Positions 13,416 to 25,505 of a DNA stretch of 64,000 nucleotides are shown here, one piece after another. This stretch comes from Octopus bimaculoides. Its lineage: Eukaryota. The notes beneath the pieces were generated by a model that did not search any database, was not told the origin of the DNA, and worked only from the letters and a program-made list of their open reading frames with translations. The DNA is taken from contig NC_068986.1 in NCBI RefSeq assembly GCF_001194135.2, positions 1,232,331 through 1,296,330 on the forward strand, given 5' to 3'. Within the stretch, counting starts at the first letter, position 1; each line of letters starts with the position of its first letter. A program made the translations under genes and the position numbers.

Positions 13416-15714
13416 TACATCTTCCTCCTATCTCCTCTCTTTCCTCTTCACTCCCTTCCTCTTCTTCCTCCTCTTTCTCCCCTCTATCCTCCTCCTCCTC
13501 CTACTCCACATCCTCCTCTTCTCTCCAGCCCTACAGAATTGATAAAATAAAATACCAGTCATACGCTGGGGGTTGATGAGCTGAGTAATCCCTTTCCTAG
13601 AAATTTCTAGCTTTTGTGTTTGTGTTAGAAACTATTGTTATAAGTATTATTCAGAGCATTTGCTTTAACACTCTAGAATTCTGAAAAGTATTTAACAAAA
13701 CTTGTTTAAACAATGTCAATGTATAGAAATGCGTCAGCTGTTTTTTTTTTAATTTGTTTTCCCCAAGATTTTATAACTTTGGTTGATATAATTTTTATGA
13801 CCATTAAATTAAAAATGATTGTGAAGCCAAAATAATAAAATATAAATTTATGTTCACTGTTGCACACTTTAATAATGCTGATAAACTGCAGATAAAATAA
13901 TTACGATTTAGCTTTTTGAGCTAGAAACAAGAATCAAATTCCATCCATAAAAGCCATAATTCAGCGATAGCACTGATAGTTAGGCAATCAACAGAGTAAT
14001 GAAAATAGGTTGTTTTTATTTTTTTAAATATAAATTTTGTAATGTGTTTTTATTGGAGAATCCAAAAATATCATGAATGTAAATAAAAAGTATTACACAG
14101 TATAAAAGTATTAGCAGCTTTGTAGATTTACACACTTCTGTAAAATTGTTTTGCTGAATGGCAATATGGTTCACTTTGCTATCATATTGTTCTGGGTTTG
14201 ATTCCACTTTGCCATACCTTAGTATCTTCTCCAATTCTGTTGATGAGTAGAAACAGAAACTGAAGGACTGTTCCTGTTCTTACATTCTATCGCAAATATT
14301 TAGGGTACCAGTGTCTTCCTTCCTTTACCAAACAAGTCTCAAAGTTCCTTCAAAAAGGCCATGTCCACTGCTCTTCCTCTTCTAACTAAACTATGTAGCA
14401 AAAGAAAATTGTTGCCGAGCTCATTTGGGAAGTAATCAGTTTAATCGATCTAGATCCAGCATTGAACCAATTATAGATTTTGACGATATTGTTCTGTTTA
14501 TTAATTCTGTCACTAGCACTAAATAGCTTCTATTTTCAAAGTATTCATATTGTATGTGACTGATTGGTAAATGATCTTAGAGACTGCACAAAATACGAAA
14601 GAATCCTTCTGTTATCAGTATAATTATGTCACCGTGTTTTAACTAATTGTTTTCATAGTGGTGCAAGATGACCAAATTTAAGCTTTCAGTAATGTAAATT
14701 GCAAGGTAGAATCATAATATCATCAAAACCTGAAGCATTATGTAACTTAAGTGTTGGCATTAATCACATAACCTTTTAAAATTAGCTGAAATTATTTTAA
14801 AGTGGTTGTTTTTTTGTTTTTTGAAATGATTGGTTGACACTGCTCTCTTGGAATAATTTTTTCATAGTAAATAAAAGCTAAGTTTTTATTCTATGATACT
14901 AAACTGTAATTAACTGAAGATCTGGTGGGAATCAATACAATATTACTGACACTAAATGAATGCAGATGCTCAGTCTCTGAGGACAGCCCAGTGTAGTAAA
15001 TATTCATTTTAAAAGCATAACATTTACAATGCTGAATTACTTCTGTTACACTGAATGCTGTTTATGATTTTCAAGTTTTTAGCTGTAACTCTATTGTAAA
15101 GTGCTTTAGATATTCTTTTCTAGAACTTTAATCAATGGAAACATGTTTTCTATCAATATAGTTTTTCATTTCTTTTATTAATATTACCTCTCATATAAAT
15201 TTCAACATCAGATATTATACAATCTCATTTCTTTTATGTTTCCTTAAAATATTAAGCATTAGAAGAATTACATTACTTTTCAATGTTTTTACATGATCCT
15301 TACTATATCGATTATTGCTAATATCTAGTATTTTGTTAGTAATGTTACCACTTCACTCAGTGAATCTGGCAGACATGTTTTGTCTGTCTTGTCTTTGATC
15401 TCTTCTGTACTGCTTCCTCTTATCCATTTCATTCATCTCCTCAGCCTTCGTTTATTTGCCTTTTAATTATTGATTATTATGTAAAGGTTTTTGGAGTACT
15501 GCAGAGAGATAATACAGGATACTGAGCATCGATAATTTTTCTGTTTCATTTATTTTACTCCAACTATAATACTGTATATATACTTCCGTTTTTCTTTTTT
15601 TCCTTTTCTTTTTTTGCCTTTGTAAAATGATGTGGTTTTATAGTTTTTTTTTCTTTGTTAATCTTATTATGGACTTATTTAAAGGTAACAGAAACGATAG
15701 AGTGCTGGATTAAA

Positions 15715-15950
15715 TGCTTTATAGGGACCTCTATTGGTCAAGGTCAACCATGTGTCTGCATGTACATGTGCAGGCTTATGCAAAATTTCTTTTTTAAGGA
15801 TGACTGGCAGTTACTCATACACATGTTTTCTTCCTCCACACACTGCTGTTTATCCAAAGAAAAGCCTACCAACTTGAGCTGATACAGCTTGCCATAAATT
15901 TTATCATAGGCATTACTATCAGAATGCAGAGCTAGAACAGATACCACAAC
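15715..15950 (+). repeat. Unclassified dispersed repeat, diverged homolog of 48420-48650
   Basis: Shared blocks ctattggtcaa..gaccatg..tctgca..tgt..gtg.agg..tatgcaa, tgtttatcc and tacagcttg. Confidence 0.6.
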
Positions 15951-16125
15951 ACGTCTATCTGGTCTGATCCTCTTGCAATTCTACCAATCAACTTCCCTGT
16001 ATTAATACTTTTTATCAAATGTGAAAGAGTGAAGGGCAAAATTGACCTTGTGTTTTGAACTCAGAACTCAGAAATACCATGAGACATTCAATCCAACACT
16101 GTAACAACTTTGCCAGCTCACCTTT

Positions 16126-16346
16126 TTAATCCTTTAGCATTTAAACTGGCCATATCAGACTGAAATAGTTCCCCTGTTTTATGTTCAAACTAGCCAGATC
16201 TGGCCTCTCACATCTGCTCTACAATATCATTCTAAAAATAAACAGTCATATCATCAAAATCTGGGAGTTACGAGATAATGCATGATTAATTCAAAATAAA
16301 ATGAATATATATGTATCACATTTGACATTGTATACTAAAGGGTTAA
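16126..16346. mobile_element. piggyBac-like MITE (TTAA-CCCTTTAG termini)
   Basis: ttaatcctttagcattt ... tactaaagggttaa; the interior matches the copies at 21724 and 61050. Confidence 0.7.
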
Positions 16347-16800
16347 ATGCCTTAAGTATGTTTTAATGGTTTATAATGTGTATGTTCCAGTTTTTGAAAT
16401 AGGTGCACTATATCTCAATATATCATAAGAGGCAACTAAAGAGTTGGAATCCAGCCATAAAATGCTGCCTCAAAGAGTCCTATACAACCAATGCCAGTGT
16501 GGATAAGAAGATGTAAAAACAACGATGATGATGATGATCATCATCATCATTTACTTTGAAGGAAGGGACTATATCCATGCTCCTTGTGGGTCCTCTCAAA
16601 TAGTGATTGATGCAATTGATGGAATATTATTTTGGACTTATATCTTCTGTGATGACTTTTTGTTGTAATTTTCCTGCTTATATTTTATATTATAATATAT
16701 AATTGCTCTTATTAGATGTCTAAATACCTTTAATGTTTTAGACATTGCCCTACCAAGAGCACTTCACTATATTGTATTCTCACTGAATATATTTGATTAA

Positions 16801-16844
<44 letters not shown>

Positions 16845-17377
16845 NNNNNNNNNNNNNNNNNNNNNNNNNNNNNNNNNNNNNNNNNNNNNNNNNNNNNNNN
16901 NNNNNNNNNNNNNNNNNNNNNNNNNNNNNNNNNNNNNNNNNNNNNNNNNNNNNNNNNNNNNNNNNNNNNNNNNNNNNNNNNNNNNNNNNNNNNNNNNNNN
17001 NNNNNNNNNNNNNNNNNNNNNNNNNNNNNNNNNNNNNNNNNNNNNNNNNNNNNNNNNNNNNNNNNNNNNNNNNNNNNNNNNNNNNNNNNNNNNNNNNNNN
17101 NNNNNNNNNNNNNNNNNNNNNNNNNNNNNNNNNNNNNNNNNNNNNNNNNNNNNNNNNNNNNNNNNNNNNNNNNNNNNNNNNNNNNNNNNNNNNNNNNNNN
17201 NNNNNNNNNNNNNNNNNNNNNNNNNNNNNNNNNNNNNNNNNNNNNNNNNNNNNNNNNNNNNNNNNNNNNNNNNNNNNNNNNNNNNNNNNNNNNNNNNNNN
17301 NNNNNNNNNNNNNNNNNNNNNNNNNNNNNNNNNNNNNNNNNNNNNNNNNNNNNNNNNNNNNNNNNNNNNNNNNNNNN
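16845..17377. other. Assembly gap (N) after (TA)n
   Basis: 533 Ns. Confidence 0.99.
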
Positions 17378-17510
17378 ACACATATATATTCACACATAAA
17401 TACATTCATACATATAAATGGGAGAATTTACGAAAAAAACAACAACAGACGAGGACAGGTGGTGTAAATAACAAATTATATATTAGTATGACGCTCGGGA
17501 ATACGGAAAG

Positions 17511-17547
17511 TCTTTGACGTTTCGAGCTATGCTCTTCAACAGAAAGA
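17511..17547 (-). ncRNA. Minimal type I hammerhead-ribozyme-like motif in a probable Penelope-like terminal repeat
   Basis: Minus strand UCUUU-CUGUUGA-A-GAGC-AUA-GCUC-GAAA-CGUC-AAAGA: 5-bp stem I, 4-bp stem II, palindromic ACGU in place of stem III, GUC cleavage triplet. The core has U at position 6. Confidence 0.6.
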
Positions 17548-17623
17548 ATACGGAGGCAAGGAGAAAAACACGGAGAAAAAAAAATTGAATAGTGTTCAGT
17601 CAACGGTCAACACACACACACAC

Positions 17624-17675
<52 letters not shown>

Positions 17676-18743
17676 CTTTTTCTCTTTTTTTCCTTTTGTT
17701 TCTGTAAATGATTCTGTAAAGAACTTTGTTGACTGTGCCCAATCTATCGGTTTTTCTGCTCTTTTGGAATGGCTTCAAGAACTCAGAAGAAAAAGAAGTT
17801 TGCAAAAAAGAAAAAAGAGAGAGAGAGAGAGAGAGTGGAGTTCAAAAGTGGTTTGAGGGGATCAACATTTTTGTAAAATGTCTTTAGAGATTAATTGCCT
17901 ATTTTCCCTTATTTTTACTCATTTCTTCTATATAGCACTGCTAATAAATTCTCTAATCAAAACTGAATTTACAATCCAATTTAGAATCCCCATTGGGCTC
18001 ATTTTAAGTGTGACCTTGTTGCACTGGCATAAAGCATGAACATTACAACTCTACATCTTCATGTGTTTATAAATCTAATGTTTTATCCCCTTACTAAATC
18101 TTTCATTTTTTTGTACTTTTTAATGATTTTAAAAAAATTATTTTTTTCTTTTTGACAATTTACCTGATGTAGTAGCCTTCATGCAGATACAAAACATCAA
18201 AATGATTATTACATATATTTTGGACCCAACATTTTTTAGATACAGAGTTTGCTTCAATTTAAATTTTATTAAAATTTGCTATTAAATTAATCCAAAATGT
18301 AAGCTGATGTTCAATATATGTACTTTTTCCATTAAGTTAAATAAAAAGATAATAAAAAAATAATCAATTAAACAATTCAGAGATGCCATCTGAGTAAAAA
18401 AAACAATAGCTAAAATAATGTTAATATATTTAATGTATGGAGCATTATCAAAAAAGTTAACTAGTAGAAAATATACAGAGAGAAAAGAAAGGCACTACCC
18501 ATTGTTTAATATTGTTTTTCTCTCCACACATTAATTTCTAGATTGTTCCATGCATTAAACATGTTAACACTAACTTATCTGAAAGAAATATTGATGTAAA
18601 CATTTTGCAAATTCTAAATGTTGCTATATATTGTGAGCACTATATATATATATTTATCAATATTTAAACAGATAAAAATACAGATATGTTACTTCATATT
18701 CAAAATTTGTCATATTTGATTTTTGTGGATGCTGACTTCATAA

Positions 18744-18783
<40 letters not shown>

Positions 18784-20299
18784 CTAAAATGAAATTATTT
18801 TTAGGACTGATATAAATAGTATCTAGGTTCTCCCTATTGAAGAATTGCAAGGAATTCTCAGACATGCAATAGAATATCTAAAGAGCTTTAGTTATAATAG
18901 AATAAGAACAGAATATATATGCTATAACAGTCATTAAATAAATTATATCTCAGTTTAATACATTAGTCTTATTCTATAAAAATTCTAATGTGAGATATTC
19001 TAAATGTAGTAGCTGATTAAATAAGGATAAGAAATAGCTTTATATGTAATATAACAGACAGAAAAAAACTGAGTTGATCTCTTCTAAATTGCTGAATATC
19101 ATTTTCAAACTATAACCGATATTTTAAGTATGCTAAATGCATTGAAACGTTTGTGAGTGGTTGATGCAGGAAAGCTAGAGACTATTGTATTGGATTGTTT
19201 AGAATAATTCATAAGTTCTGTTATTTAAATGATCTAATTATTAAAATAATGTGTCAAGACTTGGAAATGGTTCAATGAAAATAGATAGATAAATAGATCA
19301 ATATATACCATTTTTTAAAACATAAAATGTAAAATGCTGACTGTAGTATAAAAATATGTATCAAAAAAATATATGTTGTAACATGGGAACCAGAATTGAT
19401 CATGTACATGAGAGGAGGTTAAACAATTTTTTGTTTTTACAACTTTGCTAGTATGCTGTAAATATTCAATGTTAATTACATCTTAGCTTTGGTAGAATAT
19501 AGGGCTACCATTGCCCTCTTATATAGTATGTGCCTAGCTCCCTAAATTAATCAGTTATGTGTTCAATATTATAGAAATTTTCAAAAAAATCTAAATCACA
19601 TATGTTGCATATCTTTATGTATGATCTACAGTATTAAATAGATTAGAAACTACATCTCAGAGAGCACGGTATCTAACTGAGTACTAATTAAGTGATTATT
19701 CACAAGCTTCAGCACACAGTTTAAAATAAATGATAATATAAATATTCAGTTCATCACATTAGCAGCCTTCAGGATTTATTCTTCCTTTAAGTTGAACAAT
19801 TTTTTAGCTTCTATTAACTATTAGTTACAAAATCTTTTGTGTTTTGAACTGACTTGAATTTTTTTATTTTCAATTCACTGACTTCAAATCAAGCTCACTC
19901 TTTCATATTTTAAACTCTTTTTTTTTTAAATGCCTCAAATAATTTTGCAATTAGAACTTGCTTGATTGTACACAGAATCTATCAAATTTTTGGCTCTTTT
20001 ATAATGCTTTCAAGAACTCCAAGAAAAAAGATGTATGCAAAAGACTAAGCTTTGGTAGAAACCCATTTGTAACTTAAACTCTCCTTATGGTGTCTTAGCC
20101 TTATTTTGTTTTTAGAATTCATTGTTAGAACCTGAGCATCTCCTTTGTTGCTTTAAATCTCTTTTCTAATCCAGTTTCCACAAAAATAATTTCTGAAGAT
20201 CTCAATATACTAGAAATCATTTTTTTTTTCTGCATCACACCAATATCTTCTAACCATTAGAGAATTTGCCTAAAGCAGTATTGTTATTCCTTTGACTGA

Positions 20300-20500
20300 A
20301 TCATCATCATCATTTACTGTTCAGTTTTCATGCTGGTGTGTTGGATGGTTTGACAGGCTCCAGAGAGCCACAGGCTTGTATTGAACTCCAATGTCTGATA
20401 TAAGTATGGTTTCTACGGTCAGATGCTCTTCCTAACACAATCCACTTTACAATGTTTACTTGATACTCTTTTAGTGAATCAGTTGCCCAATTTCTAGAGT
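20300..20500 (-). mobile_element. RTE-like retroposon 3' end, diverged
   Basis: atcatcatcatcatttactgttcagttttcatgctggtgtgttgg...cttcctaacacaatccactttaca. Confidence 0.55.
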
Positions 20501-20799
20501 GCCACCAATATATCTGAGATGGAGTAGCTATTATTCACAAAAGTTCAAGAGGCATTAAAATAAAAATAAAAAGGTACATCTTATTGATTGGTCAGTCTTC
20601 ATCTGCTACAGGTAATACACTAAAATCACTTGAACAACAATGAGCAATTCCATCTCTGTTTCTTTTATAATTCCTTTATTGGTCCATGTTCCTCTAAAAT
20701 ACGAGACAGTCTACTATTGAAAACTAATTTGCTCAGTTTCTCTTATTCTTTCTATATTTCAGTCTACACTAAACACTTCTCTCCAATTTTCATCAACAG

Positions 20800-20945
20800 T
20801 AACTTAGCGGTTCGGCTAAAGAGACCGATAGAATAAGTACTAGGCTTCCAAAGAATAAGTCCTGGGGTCGATCAGCTTGACTAAAAGGTGGTGCTTCAGC
20901 ATGGCCACAGTCAAAAGACTGAAACAAGTAAAAGAGAATAAAAGA
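20800..20945 (+). mobile_element. Family A SINE, 3' half
   Basis: gagaccgatagaataagtactaggc...gactgaaacaagtaaaagag. Confidence 0.75.
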
Positions 20946-21291
20946 GAGATTTCAATCACTTAAGAAATGTTTGCACCCAGCATTCAACACATCATTCCTT
21001 ATTTATCTAGATTCATGCCATTAGGGTTAGTCCAGTTAATTTTTTTAATTATCAAATTATACTGACCAAAAATTATTTGTAACTCTTTTTCTGTAAAAAT
21101 CTTTTTCATCTGAGCAAGTAAGTTTGAGTATACCATACTATGCTGATGAGGTCTAATACAATGAAACCTGCTGTACACTTACCTGTAAATAAATAATGTT
21201 TGGCCAATATAATTTAATAATTAAAAAATAAAATTAGCTGAGGAAATTAACTTAATGGCACAGATTTGTATAAATAAGAAGTGATATAATG

Positions 21292-21620
21292 AAGGTGCAT
21301 GGCTTAGTGGTTAGAGTATTGGGCTCACAATTATGAAGTAGTGAGTTCGATTCCCGGACTGGGCAGTGTGTTGTTTTCTTGAGCAAGACACTTTATTTTA
21401 CATTGCTCCAATTCATACAGCTATAGGAATGAGTTGTGATATCAGTGGTGCCAAACAATATTGGCCTTTGCCTTTCCCTTGGTTAACATCAGTGACATGG
21501 AGAGGGGAGCTGGTGTGCATGGGCGACTGCTGGCCTTCCATAAACAACCCTGCCCAGACTTGTGCCTCGGAGGGAAACTTTCTAGGTGCAATCCTATGGT
21601 CACTCATGACTGAAGGGTCT
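21292..21620 (+). mobile_element. tRNA-derived SINE (family D)
   Basis: A-box tggcttagtggtta, B-box gagttcgattcc, body cttgagcaagacactttattt...ttgctcca. Confidence 0.75.
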
Positions 21621-21723
21621 TAATTGGTTGAAATCTGGTAATAAAAGCTGAAGAGATGTGTTTAGTAAAGGTTAAGAATAATAAGAGATACAATGGGTGA
21701 GTTGGATTTTAGTGGTACACATC

Positions 21724-21937
21724 TTAACCCTTTAACATCCAGATTACTCTATCAAATGTGATATTTATTCACATTGTTTTGAATTATACATCATCTCATA
21801 GCTTTGAGATTTCGATGTGGCTGTTTATTTTTACAATGACATAGGGTGTGTGTGTGAGGCTGTATCTGGCTGGTTTGTTCATAAAACAGTTAGAATATTT
21901 GGGCTGGATATGGCCTGTTTAAATGCTAAAGTGTTAG
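21724..21937. mobile_element. piggyBac-like MITE, opposite orientation
   Basis: ttaaccctttaacatcc ... aatgctaaagtgttag. Confidence 0.7.
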
Positions 21938-22710
21938 TGGAGCATTGGTCTTTTGTAGTAGTGATATATAAGAGTCAGGAGAGGGATTCCCCTCTCCTGT
22001 CAAGTGGGTGTAGTATGTTAGTAAGTGAAAACTTACCAGTCACTCACTTATTTTTTTTAGGATGTATACTGGAATGTTAATAACAGTTTGTCTATCACAG
22101 ATATATCAGTTTCTTCCCACTAAACATATAAATAACTTATAAAGACTGTCTATATTTCTTGGAATTATCTCCCCTTTACTTTGAGAGTCAATGACAGTCA
22201 CTGCAATGTATTTCTTTTCTTCCTCTCAGTGAGTTGGGGTAGAACTTTAATTAATTAAAAGTTTTTCGTATATATTGTTTTCAGTAGAACTCTTTTTTTA
22301 TTGCTTGACTTCTATCCTCTGTGACTTCCTCACAGCATCCCTACAGGAAACTCATCAATCTTATCAATGACATTAGTCTTAAAGGATCTTTTATGTTCAT
22401 GGGAAGTTCCTTCCACTCTGGACTAAAATGTAAAATAAATAAATACTTCTCCTAAACTGTTCACATACACTTAATTTTTTCAATATCCTCAAGATTACAA
22501 GATAAAACTTTCTTGACAAATGCTTCGTATTTTATATTCTTTATCATTCATCTCATCCATCTCTCTCTTTTGCATGTGATTCACTATGAATATGATAGCT
22601 ACAGATCAATATATGGCAACTTAATTCTATTCACTTCGAATATAACACTCACTAAGGATAAAGCACACACCACACTGCTTGCCTCCTGTTCACTTTTCAA
22701 TCCATTTGAA

Positions 22711-22793
22711 TCTGAGCCATTTTCTGTATATTCTGTATATTCTGAGCCATTTTCTGTATATTCTGTATATTCTGAGCCATTTTCTGTATATTC
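22711..22793. repeat. Perfect 30-bp tandem repeat, about 2.8 copies
   Basis: Unit tctgagccattttctgtatattctgtatat. Confidence 0.9.
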
Positions 22794-23144
22794 CCCAGCT
22801 GCTATCAAAACTAATGACTTTTTTTTCATTATAAGTGTAATTTCAATTGATTATTTTTGTATTCTTCTGTTCACTATATTGTAACTCACACTTAACTATA
22901 TGTTCTTCATGCAGAAGGCTTCCTCTAGAAAATTTGCCTCATCATAACAGCATTTGCTTGGCTTATATTCTCTTTATTTTATGCTTTAATCCAGTTCAAG
23001 TTTCTCTAATTCCCTGTTCACAGGTAACTTCGCTGTATAGTTATATGAAGACTTATAACTGTTATTATCTCAACTAATCCCACTGGTTATATATGTGAAT
23101 GTTTAGGATAAGGTTCTTTTGATAATGCATTCTTTATTAGAATA

Positions 23145-23375
23145 CACACACACACACACACACATGCATATGCATACATATATGTGTGTACACACACATA
23201 CACACATATATGGGCTTCTTTCAATTTCTGTCTACCAAATCCACGACTCTGGTCAGCTCAGAGCTATAGTCGAAGACACTTGCCAAAAGAGCTTTGTAGT
23301 GGGGCTGAACCTGCAGCCATGTAGCTGGCAATCAAACTTCCTAACCATACACCAATGCCTGAATCTATACAACAC
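23145..23375 (-). mobile_element. Family A SINE, 5' half
   Basis: (CA)n, then gggcttctttcaatttctgtctaccaaatcc...gaagacacttgcc. Confidence 0.7.
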
Positions 23376-25044
23376 TTATACAAAACTTGAGAAAATCCAC
23401 TTCACACTTGCAATCTGGTTGTAGTGCACCAGTTTGTCATGCCACACTATTTAGAATATTTAATTCTGTGGCTTTTATTCGAGTTAGAACTTTTCGATTG
23501 TGATGTAAATATGAGCTGTTGGTTATATTCCTGTGTAGAATGTTTTCACCAGTTGTTACAGATGGTACTGTAGATCTTTTCTATTCACTAATGAAGGCAA
23601 ATTATTTCTATTATTTATTTTTATTAGACTACAGAAACCAAGATGAATTTTGAAAAATCAGTCATATATTAATAATGTAAAGAGATCAATGAGAAAGAAA
23701 GACCAATATTATTCCATACAATTAATAATCATTACAATCATAATTCTTTAATTTATCTTGCTTATTTACTTTTTTTTCTTCTAATTTTTGAAATGGATTA
23801 ACGAATCAAACAAAAAGCTTAATTTCATTTAATCCTGCTTTCGGTGTAGTCTTTGTACTTACTTAATTTTACTGTTTCTTCCATTCAATTCTAATTTAGT
23901 TTCTGGATGGGTTAGTAGCTTCATAACAGAAGTTTAAACTTGATCTGATAATTGAAAAGTGTGATGATTTAGAATTGCAAATTAAATGTAGCCTCTCGTT
24001 ATTCCAAAATTGGTAAAATTGCTACCAGTAATTTATTAGATGTAGCATTCTATCCAATTTGTTGAATTTAATGAAAATTTTCTTATAAAAAAGCTTTTTA
24101 AATGTCTACCTTTGTGCCAAACATGATTGGTTTTTCTTAACAGTAACAATTTTTAATATAATTGATTACAAACTGAAAGATCGTATTATTTTAATTTCAC
24201 TTAATTTCTTTCTAAAAGAACTTTAAATTGTATTTATTTGATATATTTCTTTCATGAATACTTTCTTAGTTTATTTAAGTTAATTCTAATTCCTATATCT
24301 AAATAATATTCTTAGTTCATTTCTTAACCTGTATCACTGTCTGTCTGTCTGTGTATCTGTGTATGTAAATATATCCATTTATATTTATATAATGAACTCT
24401 GTCTGACCAATGAAGCATGGAAAAGAGGATAATAATGATGGAAAACAAGGACAATAATAATGGTTACACACACATACACACAAAGACACAGAAATTAAAC
24501 TGCTCCCAAAAATTTCTCATTTTAAATTCCCAGAAAATAGGAGGCTGGCTTGAAAATTGTTTTTATTATTCTTATGCTTTGAGCATATTAGTAATTATTC
24601 TTGAGAGCTTGTAGATCCCTTTAACTTCATCATATCACTACATAGTTGTTTAAGACATTTAACAAACTCCACTCTGAAGCAGTTGGGTCAGGTTTCTGGT
24701 CTGAAGATGACTTATTTCCTTTATCACACCAATCTTGGAGACCAGGGAAAATACCATGAGTGCTGTCATTCTTTTTCTGACTAAATTAATAAAAAAAAAA
24801 AGGAAAGCTTTCTCCTTGCATAATGTTCTAATACCATTTTAAATCCAGTGGACAAAATGACCCTACATTGTGGACCTCAATAGTTTGCATTGTGAAAGTA
24901 ATTTGCATATGTAAAGTATACATGTCTTTTTCTATCAGCCAAAGTAGCTCAATATATTTTGAAGTTCACTGTTTTTTTATGTAATATTATTGCAAAGCTG
25001 AAGAACCAAAGTCATGCGTGTGTTATGTATATGTATGTGATGGA

Positions 25045-25505
25045 AAACACAATGCCTTTTGCATCTCCAAAAATCCTTCCTTGCAAATGAAATGATCTTG
25101 GTCTTCTTTGGAGCAGGTGAGGAAGGGTGTTTTCACTGCATGGATTGTCTTTTTGTCTCTAGCTCAAAGTGATGAACTCAACACTCATTCTGCTTAGGAA
25201 ACGTTCAAGGAAACTGGCTGGATCTACCTCAAACAATGTCAGATTTTTCTGTGACTTGATCAACCTGGTGCATTTTTGACCACTAGAAACCATTGTCACA
25301 CCAAGTTCATTGTGTAGAATATTCTCAACTCTCTTATGGAATATGCTAATAGCATTGACTATTTGATCCATTGCCTGTCATCCATCAGCATATGGTGAAC
25401 ACAGTCAATGTTTTCCTTGGTGGTGGCAGTTGCAGGATGCCCAGATCTCAGGTCATTTTCAAAATTCTCCATTCTCCTTCTAAATTCAGCTGCTTCCACA
25501 ATATT
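25045..25505 (-). mobile_element. Decayed mariner transposase fragment
   Basis: Across frameshifts it reads AAEFRRRMENFENDLRSGHPATATTKENIDCVHHMLMDDR...QIVNAISI...VENILHNELG...LTLFEVDPASFLERFL...HHFELETKRQSMQ*KHPSSPAPKK...DAKGIVF, which are typical mariner motifs. The first catalytic DE region is mutated. Confidence 0.85.

Noticed and set aside
16730-17467. Five long ORFs of 199-224 aa
   Set aside because: They span the N gap and (TA)n tracts; these are artefacts.
21292-21365. tRNA genes at SINE heads (also 46046, 58374, 61138)
   Set aside because: A and B boxes are present, but there is no complete cloverleaf and each continues into a SINE body.
22711-22793. 30-bp repeats as a CRISPR array
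   Set aside because: The repeats are contiguous with no spacers, and the context is eukaryotic.
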